Both the position numbers and the translations under genes were made by a program. Below the pieces are notes generated by a model. It did not search any database and was not told the origin of the DNA. It saw only the letters and a list, made by a program, of their open reading frames with translations. This document shows, piece by piece, positions 50,901-60,921 of a stretch of 64,000 nt of DNA. The first letter of the stretch is position 1, and each line of letters starts with the position of its first letter. This stretch comes from a virus: positions 280,890-344,889 of IMG/VR virus record IMGVR_UViG_3300045988_179014, one strand, 5' to 3'.

Positions 50901-52067
50901 TTGATTCCAATTGAACATTCATGTATTATAGGTGGGAAGCGTACTAGGAGGATGGACTTGCAGAAGCAGAAGCAACTGATAGCAACCAATAAAGGAAACT
51001 TCGAGGTTGTGTTATCCCACATTGACAACTCATTTGTTATTAGTGTGGATAGTCTGACACATGCATCTTACAACATCCTCACCGGGTTGTTGATTGACGA
51101 AACCGACATCCAGAAGGTTTATGGTTGGATAACATCTGGTGACAGTTATGTACTGTCTCGTCAACGTCTCAATGCTCATGATTGGAGTCACATAGACCAT
51201 CAACATGTCTGTTTGGCTGAACAACTCATTGATTGCGATGTGCCTGAGGATATCGCCATTTTTCTAGGACATCTTCTGGGCGATTCACTTGACATAAAAT
51301 TTTTTCATGAGCTTCGTGCAACTGGAGCCATGATTCAACTGGACCCAGAAACCAAAGAAACAACACTGGAATTGTTTGGGCGCATGGCAATGGCGACCAG
51401 CATGGAATTTGCCAAACACATGTTCAAACAATTACGACATCTTACAGAACAGAAACAGCATCTTCAGACCGCATTGTTTCTTCCACCTGAGGCCATCGAT
51501 GCATTGCTTTCGGTAGCTGGGGAATCGTTTGAGGCATCATTAAGATTGCTGAACGAACTACCAAAAGACCCCAACATTATACAAGCAGTAGCAGAGATGT
51601 GTTCCCAAGTCCCCTCACATAGTTGGGCACGAATTTGGGAAACGGCCACTGCATTGGAGTATATGTCAAAGGATGTGTTAACCAAACTGTTTCCAAACCA
51701 ATCTGAAGTGATTGCAGATTGGAAACAAGTTAACGTATCATTGAAAACATTTCCTGAACCGCAAGACGCATACCATCACGCCAATATTCACTGGATGTTG
51801 GCAGCAATGGGAATGGAACTCTATGGGCCAAAAGCATTAGTCGCTGCTAGCAAGACGCTGGACAGTCACCTATTGCACAGGTTCCCCATTCGAACTGTGC
51901 TGGGAGACAAAGCCCCAACAGAACAGCAGATTCAAGACCACTATGCAATGCAGCTGTTCCGTAAATCCCTAATGCACATTTTGGCTCTGGCGCAGTTTTC
52001 AGAAGAAGTGGAAGACATGGATGTGTCATTGAGTCTATCCATTGCTGGTTTTGATTTCTGTGACTGA
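50901..52067 (+). CDS. Hypothetical protein (about 370 aa) whose C-terminus (DVSLSLSIAGFDFCD) resembles the paralog-family C-terminal motif
   Basis: The real start is probably MDLQKQKQ at 50952. Its C-terminal (V/L)SLSL.I.GFD resembles LPLSLRLTFSGFDW of the array members. Confidence 0.5.
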   Translation: MIPIEHSCIIGGKRTRRMDLQKQKQLIATNKGNFEVVLSHIDNSFVISVDSLTHASYNILTGLLIDETDIQKVYGWITSGDSYVLSRQRLNAHDWSHIDHQHVCLAEQLIDCDVPEDIAIFLGHLLGDSLDIKFFHELRATGAMIQLDPETKETTLELFGRMAMATSMEFAKHMFKQLRHLTEQKQHLQTALFLPPEAIDALLSVAGESFEASLRLLNELPKDPNIIQAVAEMCSQVPSHSWARIWETATALEYMSKDVLTKLFPNQSEVIADWKQVNVSLKTFPEPQDAYHHANIHWMLAAMGMELYGPKALVAASKTLDSHLLHRFPIRTVLGDKAPTEQQIQDHYAMQLFRKSLMHILALAQFSEEVEDMDVSLSLSIAGFDFCD

Positions 52068-52170
52068 TGGACTAATTATCGTTAATAGAGCTATGCTTGA
52101 AAACAATAGATGAGATATTGAATAAACACCAGCAAAGGTTCTGGTGTTTGTATAAAGGAAAGGAAAAACT

Positions 52171-52485
52171 GTGCGTATTGCGACTTTGGAAGAAGCACAG
52201 AAACTTTATGATGTTCTTGATAACACAATTGGAGTGTTTCGAGAGAAGAACATGCCTTCAGCAGGAATCAAATTTTACAGCAAAAAGAAACAGGACTTCC
52301 TTGAACAGTTCATGAGAGAGATTCCAGTTACATATTGGTTCCAAGGTGGAGGATGCGCCAGTCTTACACTTAATTTCGATTCCACTGGCTTCCATGTGAC
52401 CAGTGACCGTGATGATACGCGAACCGCCAATGCACTGGAAAAGGTGAACACAGCATTGAGGAAACTAAAACTTACGTATCTCTAA
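52171..52485 (+). CDS. Hypothetical protein (104 aa)
   Basis: It has a GTG start with SD AAGGAAAGGA 8 nt upstream. Confidence 0.45.
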   Translation: MRIATLEEAQKLYDVLDNTIGVFREKNMPSAGIKFYSKKKQDFLEQFMREIPVTYWFQGGGCASLTLNFDSTGFHVTSDRDDTRTANALEKVNTALRKLKLTYL

Positions 52486-52535
52486 ATGCCCATTTGGTAG
52501 TAGTTTGAATCCTGATACAACCTGAAAGGAAAATC

Positions 52536-53204
52536 ATGGTAATCACTGGTCATCCGGACAAGCCAGGAGTTGTACCCTGTACGCTAAACATTGTTGTGGA
52601 AGACACTCATGATTTCACTGAACCAGAATTGGCTTCTGCGGTCGCCAAAGCTGTTGCCATGTTTGTTCCATTCCCGTGGAAAATAACACCAGAAACCAAC
52701 TGGGACACATGGTATTCAGCTCGTTTTCGGAAGATTCTGAAACGTATGAAAAGCAAGGATTTTGAGAAACTCCGTAACAGTATTTCAGGGTATTGTTACC
52801 AAGAAGGTAAAGTCAATTTGTTTTTGATGCCACCAATTCCATGCAATATAAAACCAGCATTTCTGAAACGCGCACAGGTGTCTGGATTGGTTGTTCAAGA
52901 ATCAGTTTTGCCTCATACACGACTATTCGGGAAACCTCTGGTAACTGTGAATGATGATGTTGTGATGAGTCCTGCGAAAACTGCTGTAGCTGCTGCACAT
53001 GCACTACAGCTGTTACGGGACAAAATAGCGGTTGAAAAACCAAATGAGTTCAACATGTGGAAAAACCAAGGTTACCCAATAAATCTCCGATGGGGCGCAT
53101 GTCCAGAAACCGATGACATAGTAATTCATGATGCAGGTTTAACTGAAGTAGAACCAGGCACTATTACTGCAAGTGCATCATGGAACAATCCACTATTACG
53201 CTAA
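52536..53204 (+). CDS. PTH2-like (peptidyl-tRNA hydrolase 2 fold) domain protein with about 120-aa N-terminal extension
   Basis: The C-terminal half has VVMSPAKTAVAAAHA (the Pth2 MSxGKxxAQxxHAA block) and HDAGLTEVEPGTITASA (the Pth2 DAGxTxhxPGxxT block). SD GAAAGGAAAA precedes the ATG. Confidence 0.45.
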   Translation: MVITGHPDKPGVVPCTLNIVVEDTHDFTEPELASAVAKAVAMFVPFPWKITPETNWDTWYSARFRKILKRMKSKDFEKLRNSISGYCYQEGKVNLFLMPPIPCNIKPAFLKRAQVSGLVVQESVLPHTRLFGKPLVTVNDDVVMSPAKTAVAAAHALQLLRDKIAVEKPNEFNMWKNQGYPINLRWGACPETDDIVIHDAGLTEVEPGTITASASWNNPLLR

Positions 53205-53638
53205 TTCGTCCACAAATGTTATGACGACCCATAGAGCAATATTTTATGTAAAGTTGTAGCTTCAAACAAAAATACTTGTGTTTTATACAGATGCGGCACA
53301 AAGGCTTTTTGGTAAAACAGCAGTACGAGATAAGTGTAGAAAGGATGACCATGAACTTGAGACATAATGGTGTCAATACGGAACTGGGAAGAGACGTGCC
53401 TTTGACGCCCGAAGAGGAAGAAGAACTAATGCCTCATGATGACACAAAACCGTCAGAGAAGGACATTCAAGATTATCTCCAAGGTAACCTTTATCCAACT
53501 CCACCAACGCATCACTCTTGAAACAGTTCACTATCCTGCGATAAGAGTCTCTTCAATAAGAACTATAAAATACAAAATAGCACCATACTGTAAGTTCCGA
53601 GTCAGTATAGTGCTATTTTATTGTTCAGGTGCTTGTGT

Positions 53639-54589
53639 TTACATATATTCATCCAAATCCGGGAATCGTTGTTGGGTTTGAGCCATAATCAGTTCGTGGA
53701 AGACATCAGCAAGGTCTTCCTCCAACAATTCCATATCCCAATCATCATCATCAAGTTGTTGACAATCTGGAATTTCCTTCCCTTGTAATTTTGCTAATGC
53801 ATCCAAAAACGAGGCTTGTTCACAGGGAGTATATTGTTGCAGGAATTGTTCAGTGAATGTCTCTTGCACATGAGGTTCCAAAACATCAAAAATCATTTCT
53901 GCTTTGGCATTCCCCATATCCGGGTCAATGAACGCACGACGAAGTTTCTTCAATGCGAGCAACCCGTGTTTGTAGGTTTCACCAAGTTCTTTCCAAGTAT
54001 GATTCCAAATTGCATTGTTTTGTAATGGTGCATAAATACCATCCAATACGGGAATGGTATTCAATGCTTCTGCAAACAAATCTTCTGGTTTCGTTTCTTT
54101 GACTAGTTGGTCTACTCTTTCTTGTTCCATACGAAGAGTTTCATACCAGTCAGGCATCATGTCATCAGAACGAGGATAACGTTTTAAATCTTGTAACAAA
54201 CTGTGTCGGTCGGGCCAAACCTCGTCGTCCCCCTCATCATATACCCAATCCTCCGCCAACACATTGAAACGACGATTGTAGTTGAATGTGAAACTGACCT
54301 CTTCTGTCAAACAATCCAATACCGCTTGACCGCTGAGCCATGTTCCCCGTGATGGTTCCGCCATAGCATCACGCAGTTCCAATAAACTTGTCAAGGTGAG
54401 ATGTTCCATCAATAATGAGCTGGCTTCCAACCCATCAATAAACTGTGAGGATGTAACAGCCAACTCAATGTCAGGCCCAAAAGCCATAAATCTTACTGTT
54501 ATTGTGCCGTCATCAAAAGTATCAAACACACACAACATAGCAGATTCAATCGTGGCAAGGATATCGCTGGTCTTCACCTTGTCTCTCAT
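53639..54589 (-). CDS. Acidic hypothetical protein (316 aa)
   Basis: It is a long ORF, D/E-rich with Trp-rich blocks. No motifs were recognised. Confidence 0.45.
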   Translation of the reverse strand: MRDKVKTSDILATIESAMLCVFDTFDDGTITVRFMAFGPDIELAVTSSQFIDGLEASSLLMEHLTLTSLLELRDAMAEPSRGTWLSGQAVLDCLTEEVSFTFNYNRRFNVLAEDWVYDEGDDEVWPDRHSLLQDLKRYPRSDDMMPDWYETLRMEQERVDQLVKETKPEDLFAEALNTIPVLDGIYAPLQNNAIWNHTWKELGETYKHGLLALKKLRRAFIDPDMGNAKAEMIFDVLEPHVQETFTEQFLQQYTPCEQASFLDALAKLQGKEIPDCQQLDDDDWDMELLEEDLADVFHELIMAQTQQRFPDLDEYM

Positions 54590-54757
54590 AAAAACACCCT
54601 TTCTAGGGGCACCGTGTTATCAGTTAGTTATATTCAAAATATCACCATAAAACTGACAGAATCCGCCAACACAAAGTCAAACCAATACTATGGAACATGT
54701 AAAACATAAAAGCGAATAACATGAATTTACATTGTCATTAAAATGTGAGCAAATTAT

Positions 54758-55660
54758 TCACACTAACTGATAACTCAATTTCACTCCCAACCCATCAGCA
54801 TATCGTTGTAGATTCTTCAAAGATGGTTCAGAATCAGGAAAAATCTCCACCGTGCGATATGTGGTTTTAATGGTGCGCGCAAATGTTGCAATTGGGATGT
54901 TCTGGTTTTGGCGTTCCAAGTCCAACATTTTAGGAACATCATGCATTCCAACAATCCTGTCCCCAATATGAACAATGATGGTTTTCCCCAAAACTTCAGC
55001 GACCTTGGCAGCCGTAGACAGTAAAGCTTGGTTCCTCTCCACTTGCGATACAGATGCATGGGTTATTCCCGCTCCACATGACACAGCCGCTTTACTAAGC
55101 CCTTGCTCTAATCGTACTGTCATAAGTTCTTTCCCCAATGATGTATTCACAGTCGTTTTGTCATCAAACAATACTGAATCCAATACATCTTGAAGCTGTC
55201 GAATTGCATCTTTGGGAAGGATTTGTGTGGGAACAACAGGTTTATTTCGATACATAACACGAATTTTCACCGGGACTCGTAACATGCGAACATAACGCCC
55301 AATCGAATGAACCTGAGGACGTTGCGCATTGACAAAAACTTTAACACTTGTATAGGGCACTCCAACTGTTTCAGCCATTTCAGCTATGTTCATGTTCTTG
55401 TGAAGACAATAATCCATAATGGCCTGTTGAATGTTTTGCGTTATGGCTCCATTGACACAAACCTCAATAGAAGCTCCTAGTAGAGAAGCAACTTTTTGTA
55501 GAGTCGTCCATGAACCCTTGGCATCTTCTGCTTTTTGGTAACAGATGTGGGTCATGTTTCGTCCACGTATTTGAGCGATACTTTGGTTCCGTGATAGTCG
55601 AAGGGCCTTCAGTCGTAGTCCAATTTCCTCAACATTGGTGAACCACTCTTCTGACAGCAT
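54758..55660 (-). CDS. Transcriptional regulator with four tandem Xre-type helix-turn-helix domains
   Basis: It has four repeats of roughly 65 aa each. They contain HTH-like cores (LSRNQSIAQIRG, MNIAEMAETVGVPYTSV, GLSKAAVSCGAGITHASVSQVE, IPIATFARTIKTTYRTV) and each ends in an L..LG pattern. Confidence 0.5.
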   Translation of the reverse strand: MLSEEWFTNVEEIGLRLKALRLSRNQSIAQIRGRNMTHICYQKAEDAKGSWTTLQKVASLLGASIEVCVNGAITQNIQQAIMDYCLHKNMNIAEMAETVGVPYTSVKVFVNAQRPQVHSIGRYVRMLRVPVKIRVMYRNKPVVPTQILPKDAIRQLQDVLDSVLFDDKTTVNTSLGKELMTVRLEQGLSKAAVSCGAGITHASVSQVERNQALLSTAAKVAEVLGKTIIVHIGDRIVGMHDVPKMLDLERQNQNIPIATFARTIKTTYRTVEIFPDSEPSLKNLQRYADGLGVKLSYQLV

Positions 55661-55880
55661 ATTGTTCCACCTTTCCGGTTAGTCGTCCCCACCAAAGCAC
55701 TTATCTTCATGATAGTGTAAACTGATTTCATTTTCAAACTGTTGACACTATTGATTCCATTGTCCTAGATGTCAACAACAAAGACAAAGATTGTGCATTC
55801 TTCAATTTAAACCAAGATAGTATGAATCAGCAGAGTCAGCATTCGTATATGTCAACATGCATGAAGCCCCGATTCGTTAA

Positions 55881-56010
55881 CGTACCCAAAGCCGTTTTGA
55901 GCGTGATTTTTGTACTTCCTGATGTAGGTATCACAAACAAGAATTTCTCACAAAACCCCTCAAAAGTACGAAAATTACCCCTGAATAAACTAGGTAGAAT
56001 CACTCTTATT
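55881..56010 (+). repeat. Copy 3 of the roughly 150-bp intergenic repeat (3-prime end diverged)
   Basis: It reads cgtacccaaagccgttttgag...ttcctgatgtaggtatcac...gaaaattacccctgaataaactaggtagaatcactc. It lies inside the listed ORF 55822..56184, which I regard as spurious. Confidence 0.7.
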
Positions 56011-56557
56011 TGGGTGACGTATCAGGATGCATTTTTAAACGCTTGCGACCGCTGTTGTTTTGACTCGATTGTTCGCTTTCCAGATGAACTTGCAAATTTT
56101 GGTGGCACCTTTGCAACAAGGATTTTCTCCGTTACTCATGTTGTTAGTATTTTTACATGGAAACCAGTGTTTGAGGAAAGATAATTAAAAATGATGTCAA
56201 CAGTAGGTAATGAATCTCGTATAGGATTTGTTCCGTCAGATTCAACTTAACACTACTGATAAGACGAGTGCGAAGCAGGAAGCACGAAAGGGTTAAGGTC
56301 TTACAAATCCAGCGCTTGTTTTAAATCAACAAAGCTCCTTCTTATTCGTGTGTTTGAGTTCTGGGAATTAGATGAATTGAATAAATAAAGGCAACATATA
56401 TTCAGATACATTAATCGTCGTCCCCCGTATCGCCATCATATTGTTGTCATAACCTTACTGTAAACGCACGTTACAAATGACAGCACCACCTTCAACATCA
56501 GCCTGAGAACACGGTACATATCTTATGAAGTAGTAGAGTATACCTTATGTTGACAAT

Positions 56558-57418
56558 GTGATGAACAGCCGTGTTGCATGTTTGGGTACTGGGTTTGGGT
56601 ATTTTCTGTTTGTGTTGTATTGTAAAGACATGGCCAGCTACAAGAAAACTCTCCGCCACCCTACTGCGCTTCAGAGGGTTAAACGGATTGTTCGTGTGGT
56701 CATGGTGGGCCTACTCGTGTTGGGCTTTCTCAAAGTTCAGTTTGATGTTGCTGGTCGACCGAGAGCTTTTGATGGGCAGACTAGGAGCAACCCTATCACC
56801 GAACTTGTTGATGGGTTGACAAAAACGGCAGGCGACTTGGGGGATTGGATTCGCGGGAAGGTCAATTCGCCCAATTCCACCACCAACTCCACTGATAAAC
56901 CTGTAACGGGCAACGACGTTCGTATTGGTGAAGCAGAAAACCAATACTACAATCGTAAAGAACAATACGGTAATGGTTGGGTTGATACTGACCACAATGG
57001 TTGTGACACCCGTAATGATGTGTTGCAACGTCATGGGCAGAACGTCAAATTGCACAAAAACGGATGTATTGTTCTATCAAGTACTATTCATGATGTCTAC
57101 AATGGTGTGGATATCCAACAAACCCATAAAGGTGGGCAAATAGAGATTGACCACATTGTTCCACTGAGCTATGCACACCAACACGGCGCTGCTCACTGGA
57201 CACAAGAAAAACGTGTCAAGTTTGCCAACGATGTGGAGAATCTGCTGCCAGTCTCATCAAAGGACAACAGCAGTAAGGGCGATAAAGGCCCTGCTGATTG
57301 GCGACCAGCTGACACTTCCTACAGTTGCCAATATGGGAAATCGTTTCTTCATATTATTGAAAAATATGATTTGACGATTTCTCAAACCGATTATACAGCT
57401 ATTCAAGGATTTTGCTGA
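56558..57418 (+). CDS. Membrane-anchored DUF1524/GmrSD-C-like His-Me finger (HNH) nuclease
   Basis: Its TM is VRVVMVGLLVLGFL. The N-terminal part has the DUF1524 pattern GNGWVDTDHNGCDTRNDVLQR. The nuclease core is IEIDHIVPLSYAH...NDVENLLPVSSKDNSSKGDKGPADW. The likely start is MASYKK at 56633. Confidence 0.6.
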   Translation: MMNSRVACLGTGFGYFLFVLYCKDMASYKKTLRHPTALQRVKRIVRVVMVGLLVLGFLKVQFDVAGRPRAFDGQTRSNPITELVDGLTKTAGDLGDWIRGKVNSPNSTTNSTDKPVTGNDVRIGEAENQYYNRKEQYGNGWVDTDHNGCDTRNDVLQRHGQNVKLHKNGCIVLSSTIHDVYNGVDIQQTHKGGQIEIDHIVPLSYAHQHGAAHWTQEKRVKFANDVENLLPVSSKDNSSKGDKGPADWRPADTSYSCQYGKSFLHIIEKYDLTISQTDYTAIQGFC

Positions 57419-57617
57419 CATCAATAGCTGGTTCAGAACTCTGACTAATGGTTTCAGGTTATTGGAGAGAAAATAGCGCTACACAATGCGTTTCTCTCAT
57501 AGTATCTATTGTGTATGGCGTAGTGTTGTTCAAATCACACAATGAGCTACTTGTCATACGTATAATTCATTCTGACCAAAGAACAACGATGTTCAGAACA
57601 AGTCACGGGATTTAACA

Positions 57618-58184
57618 TTAATCATCGAATTGGCCTAGACGGTTTTCGCCATAAACACCAATACGCGGAATCCATACCAATGCTCCGGCCAACATGCAGA
57701 ACATAACTGCGACTGAAGGCCAATTTTCAAACATGAAAAAGCTGGGGAAGCCCGAATCCTGTATCCACTGAATTATTTGTGTGGTCATCCAAGCATTGAG
57801 AAACAAAAGCACAATGTTGACGGTTGCTGCAAGAACAATCGTTACTAAATCAGATTGGGCAAATTTGAAAACAAAACTGATGGTACGAGTTATATAGCTG
57901 GTGAGTAATCTTATAACACCTAATATGGACAATACCACCAAAATAGCAAACACCCAAACAGGAACCGATTGTGGGTTAATCCATTCAGGAGCATCTTTAC
58001 CAGAACTTGCTACAGTAATGAGGAACCCTGCTAGATGGTAAACTCCAAACGCCAGTACAGCCATGAACAACAGTAGCAAAACTATGAGTGTTCCAGTAGC
58101 CTTCGGACTGAGCCTTTTCCACCTAGATGTGTTACTGTCCTCCATAGGAACCGGGGTAGGTTGTATAGACAATGGTATCTCCAT
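57618..58184 (-). CDS. Integral membrane protein (5 TM)
   Basis: It has five hydrophobic helices. No motifs were recognised. Confidence 0.45.
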   Translation of the reverse strand: MEIPLSIQPTPVPMEDSNTSRWKRLSPKATGTLIVLLLLFMAVLAFGVYHLAGFLITVASSGKDAPEWINPQSVPVWVFAILVVLSILGVIRLLTSYITRTISFVFKFAQSDLVTIVLAATVNIVLLFLNAWMTTQIIQWIQDSGFPSFFMFENWPSVAVMFCMLAGALVWIPRIGVYGENRLGQFDD

Positions 58185-59085
58185 CCACTGAGTTTTTATG
58201 GTTCAAATATCACTGGAAATAACCGAACAATTACCAATATGGGTTTAATATTTCAGTTTCAGTTGCAATCATTTCCGGTCTCATGGTGTTTTATTTGTCA
58301 ACAGGATTCAAGAACCAACCAGTCGTTCTGGAGTTTGCTCATAAGAGAAGTTTTCGTCGTCCCTATAAACTAATGAGGAACGAGTGATGTGAGACGACTG
58401 AGAACAGGTGTCTTTCTTAACGAGATGTTTTGTTCATAGGTGATAGTGGTTAAATCATGACAGTATTTGTAGATTCGCTCCAAGATACGGTTGGGAGGAC
58501 ACGGAATGAGAGCCGTTTCCAATCCAGCTTAAATAATGGATAGAAGCTAAAACACAAACTGACGGTACTCAACCTTTTGTGTCAAGTACCGTCAGTTCTA
58601 TAATGAGGGTTATTACTTTTTGTTCTGACCGCTCTTGTTACGCCAAAAAGCCCAACCAAACAATCCCAGAATGACAATAATCAAAATAATGTAGCCCCAT
58701 ACCGGAATATCCATGTTTTCTCCTGTCATTGGTAATCGCTTCAACAAATATCAGAGTTTATTTACTACAACAACGATTTCAGTTTTGAACAATCAGCATC
58801 CATGACTTGTGTGGTGTATTTGGTCTTGGAGTAGGATTGTGCAAATGGGATGCAGAGTGTTTGACTGGGTTATCAATGTCGAGAAAGAGAACCATGTTGT
58901 TTGTAGATGAATACAGCAAGCAATACGAAAAACGGGTGGAGATGATACCAAACTATTCCAATCAATGTTGAGATGGTTTATAGGATGACTGCTGAACAAT
59001 TTTGTGCTAACTTGGATTGAATCATGCATTCTTACTGAAAGATGTTAGTATGAATGTACCGAACTGAGATGGAAGGAACAAAAAA

Positions 59086-59457
59086 ATGACAGCTGTTTCT
59101 GGTGATGGTACAGAACTGGTTAACTACACTTCGAATGTACTTATTGTATTGAGCCCGGAAATCTACGAGTTTCTTTATGCCATTCCCTCGTCTGGGATAG
59201 CACGAATCGAGGAACCTGAAACCATTATGGCCTCTTCTATCATGGGAATTCCTGTTGTTCAGATTGCGAGTGGGAAGGTTGTTGGACTACCCAATCCTGA
59301 AGAAGGGATTTTTTATATCGTTGAATATGATGTGGCGACAAAGCTGCGAGAAGCAGGGCGCACTGACGACATCCTATTCCCAAATGCTGTTGTCAGAAAC
59401 GACAAGGGAGAACTAATTGGCGTCACAGGTTGGGGAACATTCGCATCCAAATCCTGA
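59086..59457 (+). CDS. Hypothetical protein (123 aa)
   Basis: It is an ORF with AGGAAC...AAAAAATG context. Confidence 0.4.
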   Translation: MTAVSGDGTELVNYTSNVLIVLSPEIYEFLYAIPSSGIARIEEPETIMASSIMGIPVVQIASGKVVGLPNPEEGIFYIVEYDVATKLREAGRTDDILFPNAVVRNDKGELIGVTGWGTFASKS

Positions 59458-59649
59458 CCTAAACCAACCTAGAGGTAAAGAGGTTGCGCTCTTGGCTCCT
59501 GTTTGTTGTCAGACATATTGAATGGTTGTATTGTACTAAAAATGCATGATATAGGATGCATTAAGCCAAACACTCTAATTATTGCTACTGTCAACAAATT
59601 GTATAGTAGCATATCATTCACGAATCAAAAATTCTACTATTGAGGAAAA

Positions 59650-59967
59650 ATGCGTTTTTATACTGAATTCAAGGTTAATGGGGTACCTCAAGGTGGCAAT
59701 CATCATCCTGGTATCCATCATGTTTTGCGGTCCCTTGGTTGGGAATATGCAGAAGTGGCTGATGGTATAGTTATTACCGTCCCAGATGACAATATTTCTG
59801 AAATAGATATGGGGCACATTTTACGACAAGCGATTTATCGAACTTGTCTCCCTCCGCAATTGGTTTGGCTGTCCCCTGTTAACATGAGTCGTCCACAAAA
59901 TTGGATGCCTCCTGAAACCGCACGAAGATTCTCTGCCGCAAAAACAGAAGTTGACAATTGGCCGTGA
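59650..59967 (+). CDS. Hypothetical protein (105 aa)
   Basis: It has an SD-like GAGGAAAAATG. Confidence 0.35.
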   Translation: MRFYTEFKVNGVPQGGNHHPGIHHVLRSLGWEYAEVADGIVITVPDDNISEIDMGHILRQAIYRTCLPPQLVWLSPVNMSRPQNWMPPETARRFSAAKTEVDNWP

Positions 59968-60008
59968 TGCGATTCAATAACTACTGAACTTCATGTGTTG
60001 GTTGACAA

Positions 60009-60443
60009 GTGTTTGTACTGGTGCTATGCTTGTATTACATCAACAGAGAAAGGGATGTAAACATGAAGTATGCAGTTGATGTCAACCAAGCCTATAGCCG
60101 CGCGTTTCTTGCGCTTCTCCATAAAAAGCAGAGAAGGTGGTCACTAAAACGTGGTTATCAGCAGTTTCGGCATGACGTTGAATTCTTCTTGGCTGCGGGA
60201 GCAGTCATCAACAAGTGTGCAGCCTCTCCGGAACATGAAAAATTTGCCGCGCTTGAGATGGTGAGGGCAAAACGAGCGAACATGCTCTTCCTCGCAAAAA
60301 AGTATCTGGATGACGAAAAGTACCGTAACTTTGATGAAGTCATCGATTCAATGCTGAAGGGGCTCTGTGATGCTGTTATTGTAGACAGCCTTATAACAGA
60401 GTTGAGAGAAACTGATTTCGTTCACAACTATTCATCTATCTGA
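60009..60443 (+). CDS. Hypothetical protein (144 aa)
   Basis: The probable start is MKYAVDV at 60063, with SD AGAGAAAGGGATG upstream. It is followed by two hairpins. Confidence 0.45.
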   Translation: MFVLVLCLYYINRERDVNMKYAVDVNQAYSRAFLALLHKKQRRWSLKRGYQQFRHDVEFFLAAGAVINKCAASPEHEKFAALEMVRAKRANMLFLAKKYLDDEKYRNFDEVIDSMLKGLCDAVIVDSLITELRETDFVHNYSSI

Positions 60444-60455
60444 TGAATAGCAAAC

Positions 60456-60490
60456 GAAAGTGCCGCCTATCTTGGATAGGCGGCACTTTC
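60456..60490. terminator. Perfect 16-bp stem/3-nt loop hairpin between convergent genes (bidirectional terminator candidate)
   Basis: The sequence is gaaagtgccgcctatc ttg gataggcggcactttc. A T6 run begins 14 nt downstream. A second 9-bp hairpin ctattcatc/gatgaatag at 60428-60450 overlaps the stop codon of the upstream gene. Confidence 0.55.
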
Positions 60491-60540
60491 GCATCTCATT
60501 GTGATTTTTTACACAGCAATCAACAAATAATCAATTTCAA

Positions 60541-60921
60541 TCAAACTTTCGTTGTATGAATCCTTTCATCCTGAACTTGTCCATCTTTCCACCAGTAACG
60601 AGCGCCTAACACTTGACAATCATTCATCAAATACCAGGATGCATGCAAATCCATCAATGTTAATCCAAATGCTTGAACCAATGACTGGACTTTTTCCATA
60701 GTGGTTTTGTTCAGAATGTTTTCAGGGTGCAAAAAATCCGCCCCAGTTTTTACATCTTGGACTTCAATCGATTCATGAACCAATTTGCAAGTCCCATTAT
60801 GACTTGATTTCACCAGCGAAAACGGGATAGCCAACATATCAGACAATTGTTTCTGTAATGTGGTCATATTGTTAACATCATCACACACTTCAACAATCAA
60901 TTCTTTTATTACCGTAGTCAT
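60541..60921 (-). CDS. Hypothetical protein (126 aa)
   Basis: It is convergent with the plus-strand cluster. No motifs were recognised. Confidence 0.4.
   Translation of the reverse strand: MTTVIKELIVEVCDDVNNMTTLQKQLSDMLAIPFSLVKSSHNGTCKLVHESIEVQDVKTGADFLHPENILNKTTMEKVQSLVQAFGLTLMDLHASWYLMNDCQVLGARYWWKDGQVQDERIHTTKV

Noticed and set aside
55822-56184. The 120-aa ORF could be a real gene upstream of the DUF1524 nuclease.
   Set aside because: It is entirely composed of copy 3 of the 150-bp intergenic repeat plus flanking sequence. The other two repeat copies do not conserve this frame, so it is very probably non-coding.
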